Part shown: one piece after another, positions 1 to 8,047 of the stretch
How positions within the stretch are numbered: the stretch's first letter is position 1
Layout of the letters: each line of letters begins with the position of its first letter
Source: Candidatus Krumholzibacteriia bacterium
GTDB taxonomy: Bacteria > Krumholzibacteriota > Krumholzibacteriia > LZORAL124-64-63
Length of the DNA: 26,455 nucleotides
Assembly: GCA_030632925.1 (NCBI GenBank)
Contig: DAOVTU010000001.1
Span: 1-26,455 of the forward strand
Direction: 5' to 3'
Made by a program: the position numbers and the translations under genes
The notes under the pieces: model-generated
Database searches by the model: none
What the model was told of the DNA's origin: nothing
Seen by the model: only the letters and a program-made list of their open reading frames with translations

Positions 1-227
1 CGCAGTTGGGCCAGATGGCCCCGGATCAAACCACGCTGCCCATCCAGACGTGACCATTGGTCCTGCACCGGGGGCTTGTCGATGACGCCAAAGCCGATGG
101 CCGATTTCAGGAATACCACCACGTCACGCCCGTACGCCTCCACCGTGCGGGGACTCATACCTCGCTCGTGGCGCAAATATTCCAGAAAGGGCTGCAGGGG
201 ATCCAGCGACCGGGTTCCATCTGTCAC
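1..227 (-). CDS. xerC: Tyrosine recombinase XerC/XerD family, N-terminal part (runs off the window edge)
   Basis: Manual translation from GTG at 227: VTDGTRSLDPLQPFLEYLRHERGMSPRTVEAYGRDVVVFL..., the phage-integrase SAM-like N-terminal signature (FLxYL..ERG.S..T..AY.RD). AAGGA RBS at 240-236. Lies downstream of topA-trmFO, the usual xerC position. XerC versus XerD is assigned from synteny only. Confidence 0.8.
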   Translation of the reverse strand, partial: MTDGTRSLDPLQPFLEYLRHERGMSPRTVEAYGRDVVVFLKSAIGFGVIDKPPVQDQWSRLDGQRGLIRGHLAQL

Positions 228-268
228 GGCTCACGTCCTTGTCGGTAAAGCTCAGACCGAAGGTACCA

Positions 269-1627
269 TCAGCTCTCGGCGGCGGCAAGCAGGTCGCGCA
301 CGTTGGTATCGGCCACCCAGGCGGCCAGTTTCTCCGAGGCGCGAGCCGACTTGGCCAACTTGCGATCCCGTTTGCCGCGCACTCGCTCCGGAAGATCCGG
401 CAGGATGCCAAAATTGGCATTCATCGGCGTCAGTTTGGGCGTGGTCGTATCGAAGAGGAAATTGCGCAGCAGGGAACCCAGCATGGATTCCAAAGGCAGT
501 CCCGGCAGTTGTTTGTCATGGGCCCGAGCGGCCACCTGCCAGGCGCTGTACAGGCCCGAAGCGATGGACTCGACATAACCCTCCACGCCGGTGATCTGGC
601 CCGCCACGACCACGTCAGGCCGACCTTTGAGGCTGAAGTCGCGTCCGCAACAGCGCGGCGTATCGAGATAGAAATTTCGGTGCAGTTGTCCATAGCGCAC
701 GAACTCGGCCTTGGCCAGGCCGGGAATCTTTGAAAACACGCGCTTTTGTTCGGGATACTTGAGCCGGGTTTGGAATCCCACCAGGCCAAAGAGGGTGCCT
801 TCGACATTTTCCTGCCGCAATTGCACCACGGCATGAGGACGCCGCCCCGTTTTGGGGTCATCCAGCCCGACCGGGCGCAACGGTCCGAAAGACATGCTCA
901 TGGGACCCGACGCTGCGATCTCCTCGATGGGCTGGCAACCGTCAAAGAGTTCGGACTTGTCGAATTCGTGCACGGTCGCCTTTTCCGAGTCCACCAGATC
1001 CCGGTGCAGTTCGGCGTATTGTTCTTCGTTCAGCGGCGCGTTCAAGTAGTCGCTGTCGCCTTTGCCGTAACGGGCGGCGCGGAACAAAATGTCCAGGTCC
1101 AGGGATTCATGCGTCACCGTAGGTGCGATGGCATCAAAAAAATGCAGTCCGGGCCGTCCTGTAATAGCGCCCAGTTGGGCCACCAGGCCGTCTGAACTCA
1201 GCGGCCCCGAAGCCACCAGCCAGACGTGCCCATCTCTCGCCGGCAACTCATTGATTTCCCGCCGGCTGACGGTGATCAATGGCTCCGCCTCCAGCGCTTT
1301 GGCCACCGCGGCGGAAAAACGCGCTTTGTCCACGGCCAGGGCACTGCCCGCCGGCACCGAACACGTGCGTGCGATGGTCAGCAAACGGCAACCCAACAAG
1401 TCCAGCTCGTCTTTCAACAAGCCGGACGCCGTGGCCGGTGCGGTGCTCTTGAGGGAATTGCTGCAAACGATTTGGGCGAGGGCATCGCCTTCGTGCGCCG
1501 GTGTCTTGACCACCGGGCGCATCTCCACCAACTCAACCTGGACGCCGAGGCGCGCCAATTGAAAGGCCGCCTCACATCCTGCCAAACCACCCCCGACAAC
1601 CGTGACACTCAGCGGGGTGCTGGTCAC
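269..1627 (-). CDS. trmFO: FAD/folate-dependent tRNA (uracil-54) methyltransferase TrmFO (Gid)
   Basis: N-terminal VVGGGLAGCEAA dinucleotide-binding motif, VCSNSLKS, GFQTRLKYPEQ, AGQITGVEGYVES and MNANFG motifs. GTG start overlaps the topA stop (GTGA). Confidence 0.96.
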   Translation of the reverse strand: MTSTPLSVTVVGGGLAGCEAAFQLARLGVQVELVEMRPVVKTPAHEGDALAQIVCSNSLKSTAPATASGLLKDELDLLGCRLLTIARTCSVPAGSALAVDKARFSAAVAKALEAEPLITVSRREINELPARDGHVWLVASGPLSSDGLVAQLGAITGRPGLHFFDAIAPTVTHESLDLDILFRAARYGKGDSDYLNAPLNEEQYAELHRDLVDSEKATVHEFDKSELFDGCQPIEEIAASGPMSMSFGPLRPVGLDDPKTGRRPHAVVQLRQENVEGTLFGLVGFQTRLKYPEQKRVFSKIPGLAKAEFVRYGQLHRNFYLDTPRCCGRDFSLKGRPDVVVAGQITGVEGYVESIASGLYSAWQVAARAHDKQLPGLPLESMLGSLLRNFLFDTTTPKLTPMNANFGILPDLPERVRGKRDRKLAKSARASEKLAAWVADTNVRDLLAAAES

Positions 1628-4353
1628 GCGTCGTCGCCGGTGGGCGCGGCTTTGGTCACTTTTTTCTTGGCGACCTTCTTCTTGGTGGTCTTTTTCTTCG
1701 CCGTCTTCTTTTTGGCAGTCTTCTTTTTGGCAGTCTTCTTTTTAGTCGTCTTCTTCTTCGTGGTCTTCTTCTTGGTCTTGGCCCGCTCCGCCGCCGTCTT
1801 CAGCAGCGCCAGCGCATCCTCGACCGTCACGTCTTCCGGATCCCGGTCCCGACCAATGGTCGCGTTCACCTTGCCGGATGTGACATAGGGCCCATACCGG
1901 CCTTTGTAGACCGCCAGCGGTTCGCCCGTATCCGGATGCGTGCCCAGATCTTTCAGCACCGTCTTCTTGTTCTTGTTCCGGATGCGCTCAAGGGCTTCAT
2001 CCAGTGTAATGGTGAACAACGTATCGACAGTTTCAACGCTGGCAAAAACCCGCGCCCGTTCCACGTAGGGACCAAAACGCCCCAGGCCAGCACTGACCGA
2101 CTTGCCCGTTTCCGGATCCTCACCAATGAGGCGCGGCAGTGAAAGCAGCTTCAGCGCATAGGGCATGTCGATCTTTGTCGGATCGGTTTTCTTGCCCAGG
2201 CTGATGCGCTTGGGCTTCTTGTCGCCCTCCTGCTCGCCAAGCTGCAGGTAGGGTCCAAAGGGTCCGGTCAGCGCGTAAATGTTCTGATCCGTTTCCGGAT
2301 GTTTGCCGATGGGTTCCTTAGACTTGTCCTTCTGGATGATCAGGTCGACGGCCTTCTCGGGCGTCAGTTCATCCACCAGCAGATCCACCGGCAGCGTAGC
2401 CCTGCGGTCTTCTTCGCCCTCGACATGGACCGATACGTAGGCACGCCCGATGCGCAGCACCACGGGGCGGCCGCTCTTGGGATCGTTGCCCACCTTGATG
2501 CGGGGGAACTCGATCTTGTCCAGCTCCGAGGCGATGTCCTGCTCCAGGCCCTGGCCACCATCTCCACCACGATAGAATTCGTCGAGGAAGGCCACCCAAT
2601 CCTGGTCGCCCGAAGCGATGCGATCGAGGCCTTCTTCCATGCGAGCGGTGAACGCCAGATCCACGTATTTGTTGAAGTGCTCGCGCATCAAATGTGTCAC
2701 CGCGATACCAACGTACGACGGCAACAGCGCGCCGCCCTTCTTGATCACGTACTCGCGGGACTGGATCGTACCCACCACCGCGGCGAAGGTCGACGGCCGT
2801 CCGATACCCTCTTCTTCCAGCTTCTTGATCAAGGAGGCCTCGGTGTAGCGGGCCGGCGGCTGGGTTTCGTGCGGCACCGAAGTCACCGATTCGATGTCCA
2901 CCTGGGGTGTCGCCGTACCAGCAGCACCACCGATGAGCAAACCTTCAGTGAGATCCGGCAGCAAAGTGTCTTTGCCCTTGTCTCCATAAACTTTCAGGAA
3001 ACCCGGGAAGCGCACGATCGAGCCGTTGGCGCGGTAGGTCAGCTTCTGCTCGCCCTCAACGCCTGCACCCGACACTGTCGCGGTGATATCCACGGCTGTC
3101 TTGTCCAGCTTGGCGTTGGCCATCTGGCTGGCCACGGTGCGGTTCCAGATCAGCCGGTAAACAGCCAGTTCTTCGCTGTCCAGTCGACCGGCAATGGCGT
3201 CCGGCGTGCGGTTCACATCGGTGGGCCGGATGGCTTCATGCGCCTCCTGCGCACCTTTGCTCTTGGTCTTGTAGCGTCGCGGACCATCAGTGTAGTTCGC
3301 GCCGTAGGTTTCGCGGATCATGGCCTCGGTCTCGGCCAGCGCTTTTTCACTCAGCGTCAGCGAATCGGTTCTCATATAGGTGATGAGGCCTTCGCGGAAG
3401 TCGCCAATACCTTCATACAACCGCTGGGCTATGCGCATGACCCGCTGCGGCGTCATCTTCAGGCGGCCGTTGGCGGCCTGCTGCAAAGTCGAAGTCGTGA
3501 ACGGAGGCGAAGGCCGTTGGGTCGATTCCTTGTTGGTCACATCGGACACCAGCCAAGGCACGTTGGTCTGGGAAGCCGCTGCGTAATTGGCCGAAGCCTC
3601 TTCGCCCAGATGCACCCGTTTGGCCGGATTCTTCAACTCGCCCGTATCCGGATCAAAATCCTTGCTGCCGGCGATCTTCACGCCACCGACTTCGGTCAGG
3701 CGGGCGGTGAATTCCAGGTCATCGCTCTTGAGCGCCGCCTCGATGTCGCAATACTTTGCCACATGGAAAGCCTGACGTTCTTCTTCCTTCTCAACCACCA
3801 GGCGCACCGCAACGCTCTGCACGCGTCCGGCCGAAAGCTTGGTCCGCACTTTTTTCCAGAGCACCGGCGACAGGCTGTAACCGTAAAGACGATCCAGGAT
3901 GCGGCGACCCTCCTGCGCCCGCACCAACTGCATGTCCACCTCACGGGGTGAGTTCAAGGCCTCGTTGATGGCGTCTTTGGTGATCTCGTGGAAAGAAATC
4001 CGGCTCACCGGAACTTTCGGTTGCAAAACTTCCAACAGATGCCAACTGATGGCCTCACCCTCGCGATCCTCATCAGTGGCGAGCAGGATCTCATCCGCGG
4101 ATTTCATCAGCTTCTTGAGTTCGGCCACCTGTTTCTTGCTGTCAGACGACACCACATATATAGGGGCGTAGTCGTCGTCCATGTTCACGCCAAAACGTGA
4201 CCAGGGCTCTTTCTTGTATTTGGCCGGGATTTCCTTGGCCGAACCTGGCAGGTCCCGAATGTGACCGTAGCTGGACGTGACTGTATAACTGTCGTCCAGA
4301 AAACGCGTGATGGTGCGTGCTTTGGCCGGGGATTCCACGATGATCAGTTTCAA
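1624..4353 (-). CDS. topA: DNA topoisomerase I (type IA), zinc-ribbon-free, with C-terminal repeats and a Lys-rich tail
   Basis: LIIVESPAKA, GHIRDL, ATDEDREGEAISWH (TOPRIM), LSAGRVQS, GLITYMRTDS (catalytic Tyr), EAHEAIRPT, GIGRPSTFA. TTG start with a GGAAGGA RBS. Confidence 0.97.
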   Translation of the reverse strand: MKLIIVESPAKARTITRFLDDSYTVTSSYGHIRDLPGSAKEIPAKYKKEPWSRFGVNMDDDYAPIYVVSSDSKKQVAELKKLMKSADEILLATDEDREGEAISWHLLEVLQPKVPVSRISFHEITKDAINEALNSPREVDMQLVRAQEGRRILDRLYGYSLSPVLWKKVRTKLSAGRVQSVAVRLVVEKEEERQAFHVAKYCDIEAALKSDDLEFTARLTEVGGVKIAGSKDFDPDTGELKNPAKRVHLGEEASANYAAASQTNVPWLVSDVTNKESTQRPSPPFTTSTLQQAANGRLKMTPQRVMRIAQRLYEGIGDFREGLITYMRTDSLTLSEKALAETEAMIRETYGANYTDGPRRYKTKSKGAQEAHEAIRPTDVNRTPDAIAGRLDSEELAVYRLIWNRTVASQMANAKLDKTAVDITATVSGAGVEGEQKLTYRANGSIVRFPGFLKVYGDKGKDTLLPDLTEGLLIGGAAGTATPQVDIESVTSVPHETQPPARYTEASLIKKLEEEGIGRPSTFAAVVGTIQSREYVIKKGGALLPSYVGIAVTHLMREHFNKYVDLAFTARMEEGLDRIASGDQDWVAFLDEFYRGGDGGQGLEQDIASELDKIEFPRIKVGNDPKSGRPVVLRIGRAYVSVHVEGEEDRRATLPVDLLVDELTPEKAVDLIIQKDKSKEPIGKHPETDQNIYALTGPFGPYLQLGEQEGDKKPKRISLGKKTDPTKIDMPYALKLLSLPRLIGEDPETGKSVSAGLGRFGPYVERARVFASVETVDTLFTITLDEALERIRNKNKKTVLKDLGTHPDTGEPLAVYKGRYGPYVTSGKVNATIGRDRDPEDVTVEDALALLKTAAERAKTKKKTTKKKTTKKKTAKKKTAKKKTAKKKTTKKKVAKKKVTKAAPTGDDA
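1651..1779 (-). repeat. 15-bp imperfect tandem repeat encoding (KKKxx)8 in the TopA tail
   Basis: Protein KT-KKKTT-KKKTT-KKKTA-KKKTA-KKKTA-KKKTT-KKKVA-KKKVT-K. Two adjacent DNA units are identical (gtcttctttttggca on +); the others differ at synonymous sites. Confidence 0.95.
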
Positions 4354-4373
4354 GTCTGGTTCCTTCCAGGCAA

Positions 4374-4391
4374 TTGTCTACAAATAGACAA
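4374..4391. promoter_or_regulatory. AT-rich inverted repeat upstream of topA (possible operator or mRNA hairpin)
   Basis: TTGTCTA-CAAA-TAGACAA, perfect 7-bp arms, in the 47-bp smg-topA gap. Function not known. Confidence 0.4.
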
Positions 4392-4400
4392 AATGCGGGA

Positions 4401-4886
4401 TCAATGAATGTTTTCGAAGCCTTCCGAAGCCCCACCGGTCATGCCGGGACGTCCTGGCATGAACAGCACTTGTTCGATGATGGGCTCAAGGTCATAGATG
4501 TCCATAGGGCAGTACGCCACATAGGAAGCGTAGGCCAACAAGGCCTCGAACTGGGCCCTCGAGATCTGCTTGTTGTTCACCAGGTTCACCAGATATCCCA
4601 TGCCCTCAGGCGTGAGATAACGGGCATCGGCTTCGCTGAAATAGCGAAACGCCTTGTCTGAAGGAGCGTCCGGCGCCGGGTTCCGGGGCCATTCCGGCTC
4701 ATCAGAAGGCAGCATATGATTTTCGATCCAGGCGAGCAAGCCCTGCACGTCGTCTTCGCTGAGACCGGCAGCCTCGGCCTTGTCCTGGATCTGGAGAGCC
4801 CGTGAGCGGCTGGTTTCCGGATCAGTGGACAGGGCTTCCAGTAGGATCACCAGGAGGTGTTTCATTTTGTCGTTTGCTTGATCCAT
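4401..4886 (-). CDS. smg: DUF494 / Smg family protein
   Basis: About 155-161 aa acidic protein with the Smg pattern (AGLSEDDVQGLLAWIE, FRYFSEADARYLTPEGMGYL..L....I, FEALL), directly upstream of topA as is typical. Alternative start ATG 4865. Confidence 0.8.
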   Translation of the reverse strand: MDQANDKMKHLLVILLEALSTDPETSRSRALQIQDKAEAAGLSEDDVQGLLAWIENHMLPSDEPEWPRNPAPDAPSDKAFRYFSEADARYLTPEGMGYLVNLVNNKQISRAQFEALLAYASYVAYCPMDIYDLEPIIEQVLFMPGRPGMTGGASEGFENIH

Positions 4887-4978
4887 ACCCTGTCTTTCTC
4901 AGCTGAAACGGCTTCGTCAGGCAATACCCTGAGCTATTCTCAGCTCTTTCTGAACTAATAGCGCGCCAAAACTAGCAT

Positions 4979-5006
4979 GGAGTCTCCGCTCCGGCAAGGA
5001 GACTCC
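4979..5006 (-). terminator. Stem-loop downstream of secA (possible weak intrinsic terminator)
   Basis: GGAGTCTCC-N10-GGAGACTCC perfect 9-bp stem 19 nt after the secA stop. The U-tract is poor (ATGCTAGTTTT). Confidence 0.45.
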
Positions 5007-5025
5007 GAACTGTACTGCATCCTGA

Positions 5026-8000
5026 CTAGGGCGTCTTCCCGCAGCATTTCTTGTACTTTGCACCACTGCCACAGGGACAGGGATCATTGCGCCCAACCTT
5101 CGGTTCTTCCCGCTGTTGCGGCCTCTGGGCACCTGCATCAGGGGCATTGGTGGTCGCTTTGGCGGCGCCGGATTGTTCGTACGCCGACACCTCCCGGTGC
5201 TGGGTCTGCATTTTGTCGACGGCCGGGGCTTTTTGCTCCGGTGGCGGGGCCAACTCGGCCCGGAAGAACAAACTCACAGCCGATTTTTCGATGTTGTCCA
5301 TCAGGGTTTCGAACATCCGGAAGCTCTCTCCCTTGTACTCGACCAAGGGGTCGCGCTGGCCATATGAGCGCAAACCAATGCCGCTGCGCAGCAAAATCAG
5401 CTCGTTCAGGTGGTCGCGCCAGTGCTCATCCAAAATTTGGATCAGCACGAATTTTTCCAACTGGCCTGAGAACTCCGGCCCCAGGCCATCTTCCTTAATC
5501 TGGAATCGTTCGAGGGCGAACTCCACCAGCTTGTCCTCGAGGGCTTCGAAGCCCATTTCCAGATGCTCTTCTTTTTCCAAGGGCATCGGCGCCAGTACCA
5601 GTCCCTGGTAAAGCCGGGCCATGTTTTCCATATCCCAGAAATCGGGCGCATCGCTGCGCTCGGCGTGGGCCGCGATAATCGTGGTGACTGCGCTTTCGAC
5701 AAAGCCCTTGAACTGCTCGCTGAGATCCTCACCTTCAAGAGCACTGCGGCGCAGATCGTAGACCACCTCGCGCTGCTTGTTGACGACATCGTCGTACTCC
5801 AGCAGATGCTTGCGGATCTCGTAGTTCTGGGTCTCTACTTTGACCTGGGCTTTTTCAATGGCCTTGGTCACCATCGAATGGGTGATGACCTCACCTTCCT
5901 CCACGCCCAAGCGGTCCATGACCTTGATGATGCGGTCCGGACTGAACAGGCGCATCAGATCATCTTCCAGCGACAGGAAGAAGATCGTGGCGCCGGGATC
6001 ACCCTGCCGACCGGAACGGCCGCGCAACTGGCGATCAATGCGGCGACTCTCATGACGTTCAGTGCCGATGATCTGCAGCCCAGGACTTTGACCTTCGTAC
6101 AATTCAGGGTCCAGGCTCGGGTCGTTGGGCCAGGTTTCGGGCAGGCCCAGGATGTCCGCCGACAGCTTGATGTCCGTACCACGTCCAGCCATGTTGGTGG
6201 CAATGGTCACGGCGCCCTTGTATCCCGCTTCGGTGACAATCTCGGCCTCGGCCTTGTGCTGTTTCGCATTCAGGACGTTGTGGTTGATGCCCGCCAACTT
6301 GAACATCCGGCTGAGCAATTCGCTGACCTCAACGGTGGTCGTACCGACCAGCACCGGCAGGCCCAGTTTGTGCAACCGCGCCACCTCATCCCGGATGGCC
6401 TTGTACTTTTCCTTCTTCGTCTTGTAGATCAGGTCTTCATTGTCTTCACGCACGATAGGCCGGTTGGTCGGTATCACGACCACATCCAGGGTATAGATGC
6501 CGTTGAATTCGGCTTCTTCGGTTTCCGCGGTACCGGTCATGCCTGAAAGCTTTGCGTACTTGCGGAAGAAATTCTGCACCGTGACCGTCGCGAGAGTCTG
6601 GGTCTCTTTTTGGACCGTGACGCCTTCCTTGGCTTCCAATGCCTGATGCAAACCATCACTGAAGCGCCGACCGGGTTGCAGGCGACCCGTGAACGAATCA
6701 ACGATCACGACCTTGCCCTCCTGCATCACATACTCCACATCACTTTCATAAAGGGAGTAGGCGCGCAGCAACTGGTCGACATTGCTGATGCGTTCGTTCT
6801 TTTCGGCGTAGGCCTGTTCAAATTTAGCCAACCGCTTGGTCTTCTCCTTTTCGTCCAGTTCTTCATTGTCCTGGATCTCCCCAGCGGCCACCGCCAGATC
6901 CGGCAGCACAAAGAAATCGGCATCATTGTTGGCGAATACGTCGCGGCCCTTTTCGGTCATGTCGACGTGGTTGTTTTTCTCTTCAACCACGTACAGCAGG
7001 TCGGCGTCCGCCTCCCACATGGCCTTGTCGCGCATATAGGCCTCTTCGGTCTTATGCACGGTCTCGAGCACGCCTGGGATCTGGGCCAGTTTGCGGTAGC
7101 GCGGATTCTTCGGACCACCACGGCTGATGCGCAGCAGCTTCAGGGCGGTGTCGTTGTCGATGTCGACATCCTCGCCTTTGAGAGCCGGGCGCATCACACG
7201 CTCGGCGTCGGTAAGCCAGTTGTTGACCATCTTCATCTGTTGCCGCACCAGGTTGTTCACCAGCGGATTCAGCTCCGAGAACTGGTGCGTCGATTTATCA
7301 ACGGCACCACTTATGATCAACGGCGTACGGGCCTCATCAATGAGCACTGAATCGACCTCATCGACGATGGCGAAGTGGAAGTCGCGGTGCACCAGGTGCT
7401 CGGCGTGCACAACCATGTTGTCACGCAGGTAGTCAAAACCGAACTCGTTATTGGTCCCGTAGGTCACGTCGCAGGCGTAGGCTTCGCGGCGTTCTTCGGG
7501 CGTCATCTGGCCCAGGATATAGCCGACCTCGCAACCCAGGAACTCGAGCACGCCACCCATCCACTGGGCATCACGCTGGGCGAGGTAATCGTTCACCGTC
7601 ACCAGGTGGGCGCCCTTGCCTGGAATACTGTTGAGGTACAACGGGGCGATGGCGACAAGGGTCTTGCCTTCACCGGTGGCCATCTCGGCGATCTTGCCCT
7701 GGTGCAGAACGATACCACCCATGAGCTGCACGTCGTACGGGATCATGTCCCAAACCATATCCTGGTTCCAGACCACCCATGAGGCTTTGCGCTCGGTCAG
7801 TCGGCGGCAACCTTCCCAGACCACGCCATAGGCTTCGACCAGGAGGTCGTCCAGGCTTTCGCCGTCGGCATGGCGCTGGCTGAACTCGGCCCGCTTGGCG
7901 CGCAGGTCTTCGTCGGAGAGTGCCGCGTACTGCTCCCGGCCGGCCTTGATGGCGTCGACCGTGGGCTGCAGTTCGGCCACGTCCTTGTTCTTCTTGCCGA

Positions 8001-8037
8001 AAACGTTCTCGATGAATCCCATCAGGCCCTTGGCCAT
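5026..8037 (-). CDS. secA: Preprotein translocase ATPase SecA
   Basis: MATGEGKT Walker A, IVDEVDSVLIDEARTPLIISG, TNMAGRGTDI, RRIDRQLRGRSGRQGDPG, C-terminal SEC-C motif GRNDPCPCGSGAKYKKCCG. The AGGAG RBS overlaps the upstream TAG stop. Confidence 0.98.
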   Translation of the reverse strand: MAKGLMGFIENVFGKKNKDVAELQPTVDAIKAGREQYAALSDEDLRAKRAEFSQRHADGESLDDLLVEAYGVVWEGCRRLTERKASWVVWNQDMVWDMIPYDVQLMGGIVLHQGKIAEMATGEGKTLVAIAPLYLNSIPGKGAHLVTVNDYLAQRDAQWMGGVLEFLGCEVGYILGQMTPEERREAYACDVTYGTNNEFGFDYLRDNMVVHAEHLVHRDFHFAIVDEVDSVLIDEARTPLIISGAVDKSTHQFSELNPLVNNLVRQQMKMVNNWLTDAERVMRPALKGEDVDIDNDTALKLLRISRGGPKNPRYRKLAQIPGVLETVHKTEEAYMRDKAMWEADADLLYVVEEKNNHVDMTEKGRDVFANNDADFFVLPDLAVAAGEIQDNEELDEKEKTKRLAKFEQAYAEKNERISNVDQLLRAYSLYESDVEYVMQEGKVVIVDSFTGRLQPGRRFSDGLHQALEAKEGVTVQKETQTLATVTVQNFFRKYAKLSGMTGTAETEEAEFNGIYTLDVVVIPTNRPIVREDNEDLIYKTKKEKYKAIRDEVARLHKLGLPVLVGTTTVEVSELLSRMFKLAGINHNVLNAKQHKAEAEIVTEAGYKGAVTIATNMAGRGTDIKLSADILGLPETWPNDPSLDPELYEGQSPGLQIIGTERHESRRIDRQLRGRSGRQGDPGATIFFLSLEDDLMRLFSPDRIIKVMDRLGVEEGEVITHSMVTKAIEKAQVKVETQNYEIRKHLLEYDDVVNKQREVVYDLRRSALEGEDLSEQFKGFVESAVTTIIAAHAERSDAPDFWDMENMARLYQGLVLAPMPLEKEEHLEMGFEALEDKLVEFALERFQIKEDGLGPEFSGQLEKFVLIQILDEHWRDHLNELILLRSGIGLRSYGQRDPLVEYKGESFRMFETLMDNIEKSAVSLFFRAELAPPPEQKAPAVDKMQTQHREVSAYEQSGAAKATTNAPDAGAQRPQQREEPKVGRNDPCPCGSGAKYKKCCGKTP

Positions 8038-8047
8038 GGACGAGCTC

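Noticed and set aside
1-227. Tyrosine recombinase as the integrase of a prophage or island
   Set aside because: It sits in the housekeeping topA-trmFO-xerC context; no att repeats, tRNA, phage genes or obvious composition shift.
124-420. 98-aa minus-strand ORF and the ATG overlapping the trmFO stop (MVPSV*)
   Set aside because: The first overlaps trmFO and xerC out of frame with no motifs, and the second is five codons. The XerC-like frame from GTG 227 explains the region.
1651-1779. Periodic repeat as a CRISPR array or non-coding VNTR
   Set aside because: The 15-bp period has no unique spacers and lies in frame within topA. No cas genes are present.
2299-3951. 550-aa plus-strand ORF, and similar long antisense ORFs (5563-6546, 7895-9376, 11449-12585, 18427-19599, 22340-23281, 23320-24444)
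   Set aside because: They mirror strongly supported minus-strand genes, have no recognisable motifs, and are expected shadows of GC-rich codon usage.
4896-4945. Direct repeat TTCTCAGCT (4896-4904, 4937-4945) and CTGAG-N5-CTCAG upstream of smg
   Set aside because: Short, no match to a motif I know and no clear promoter context; compatible with chance.
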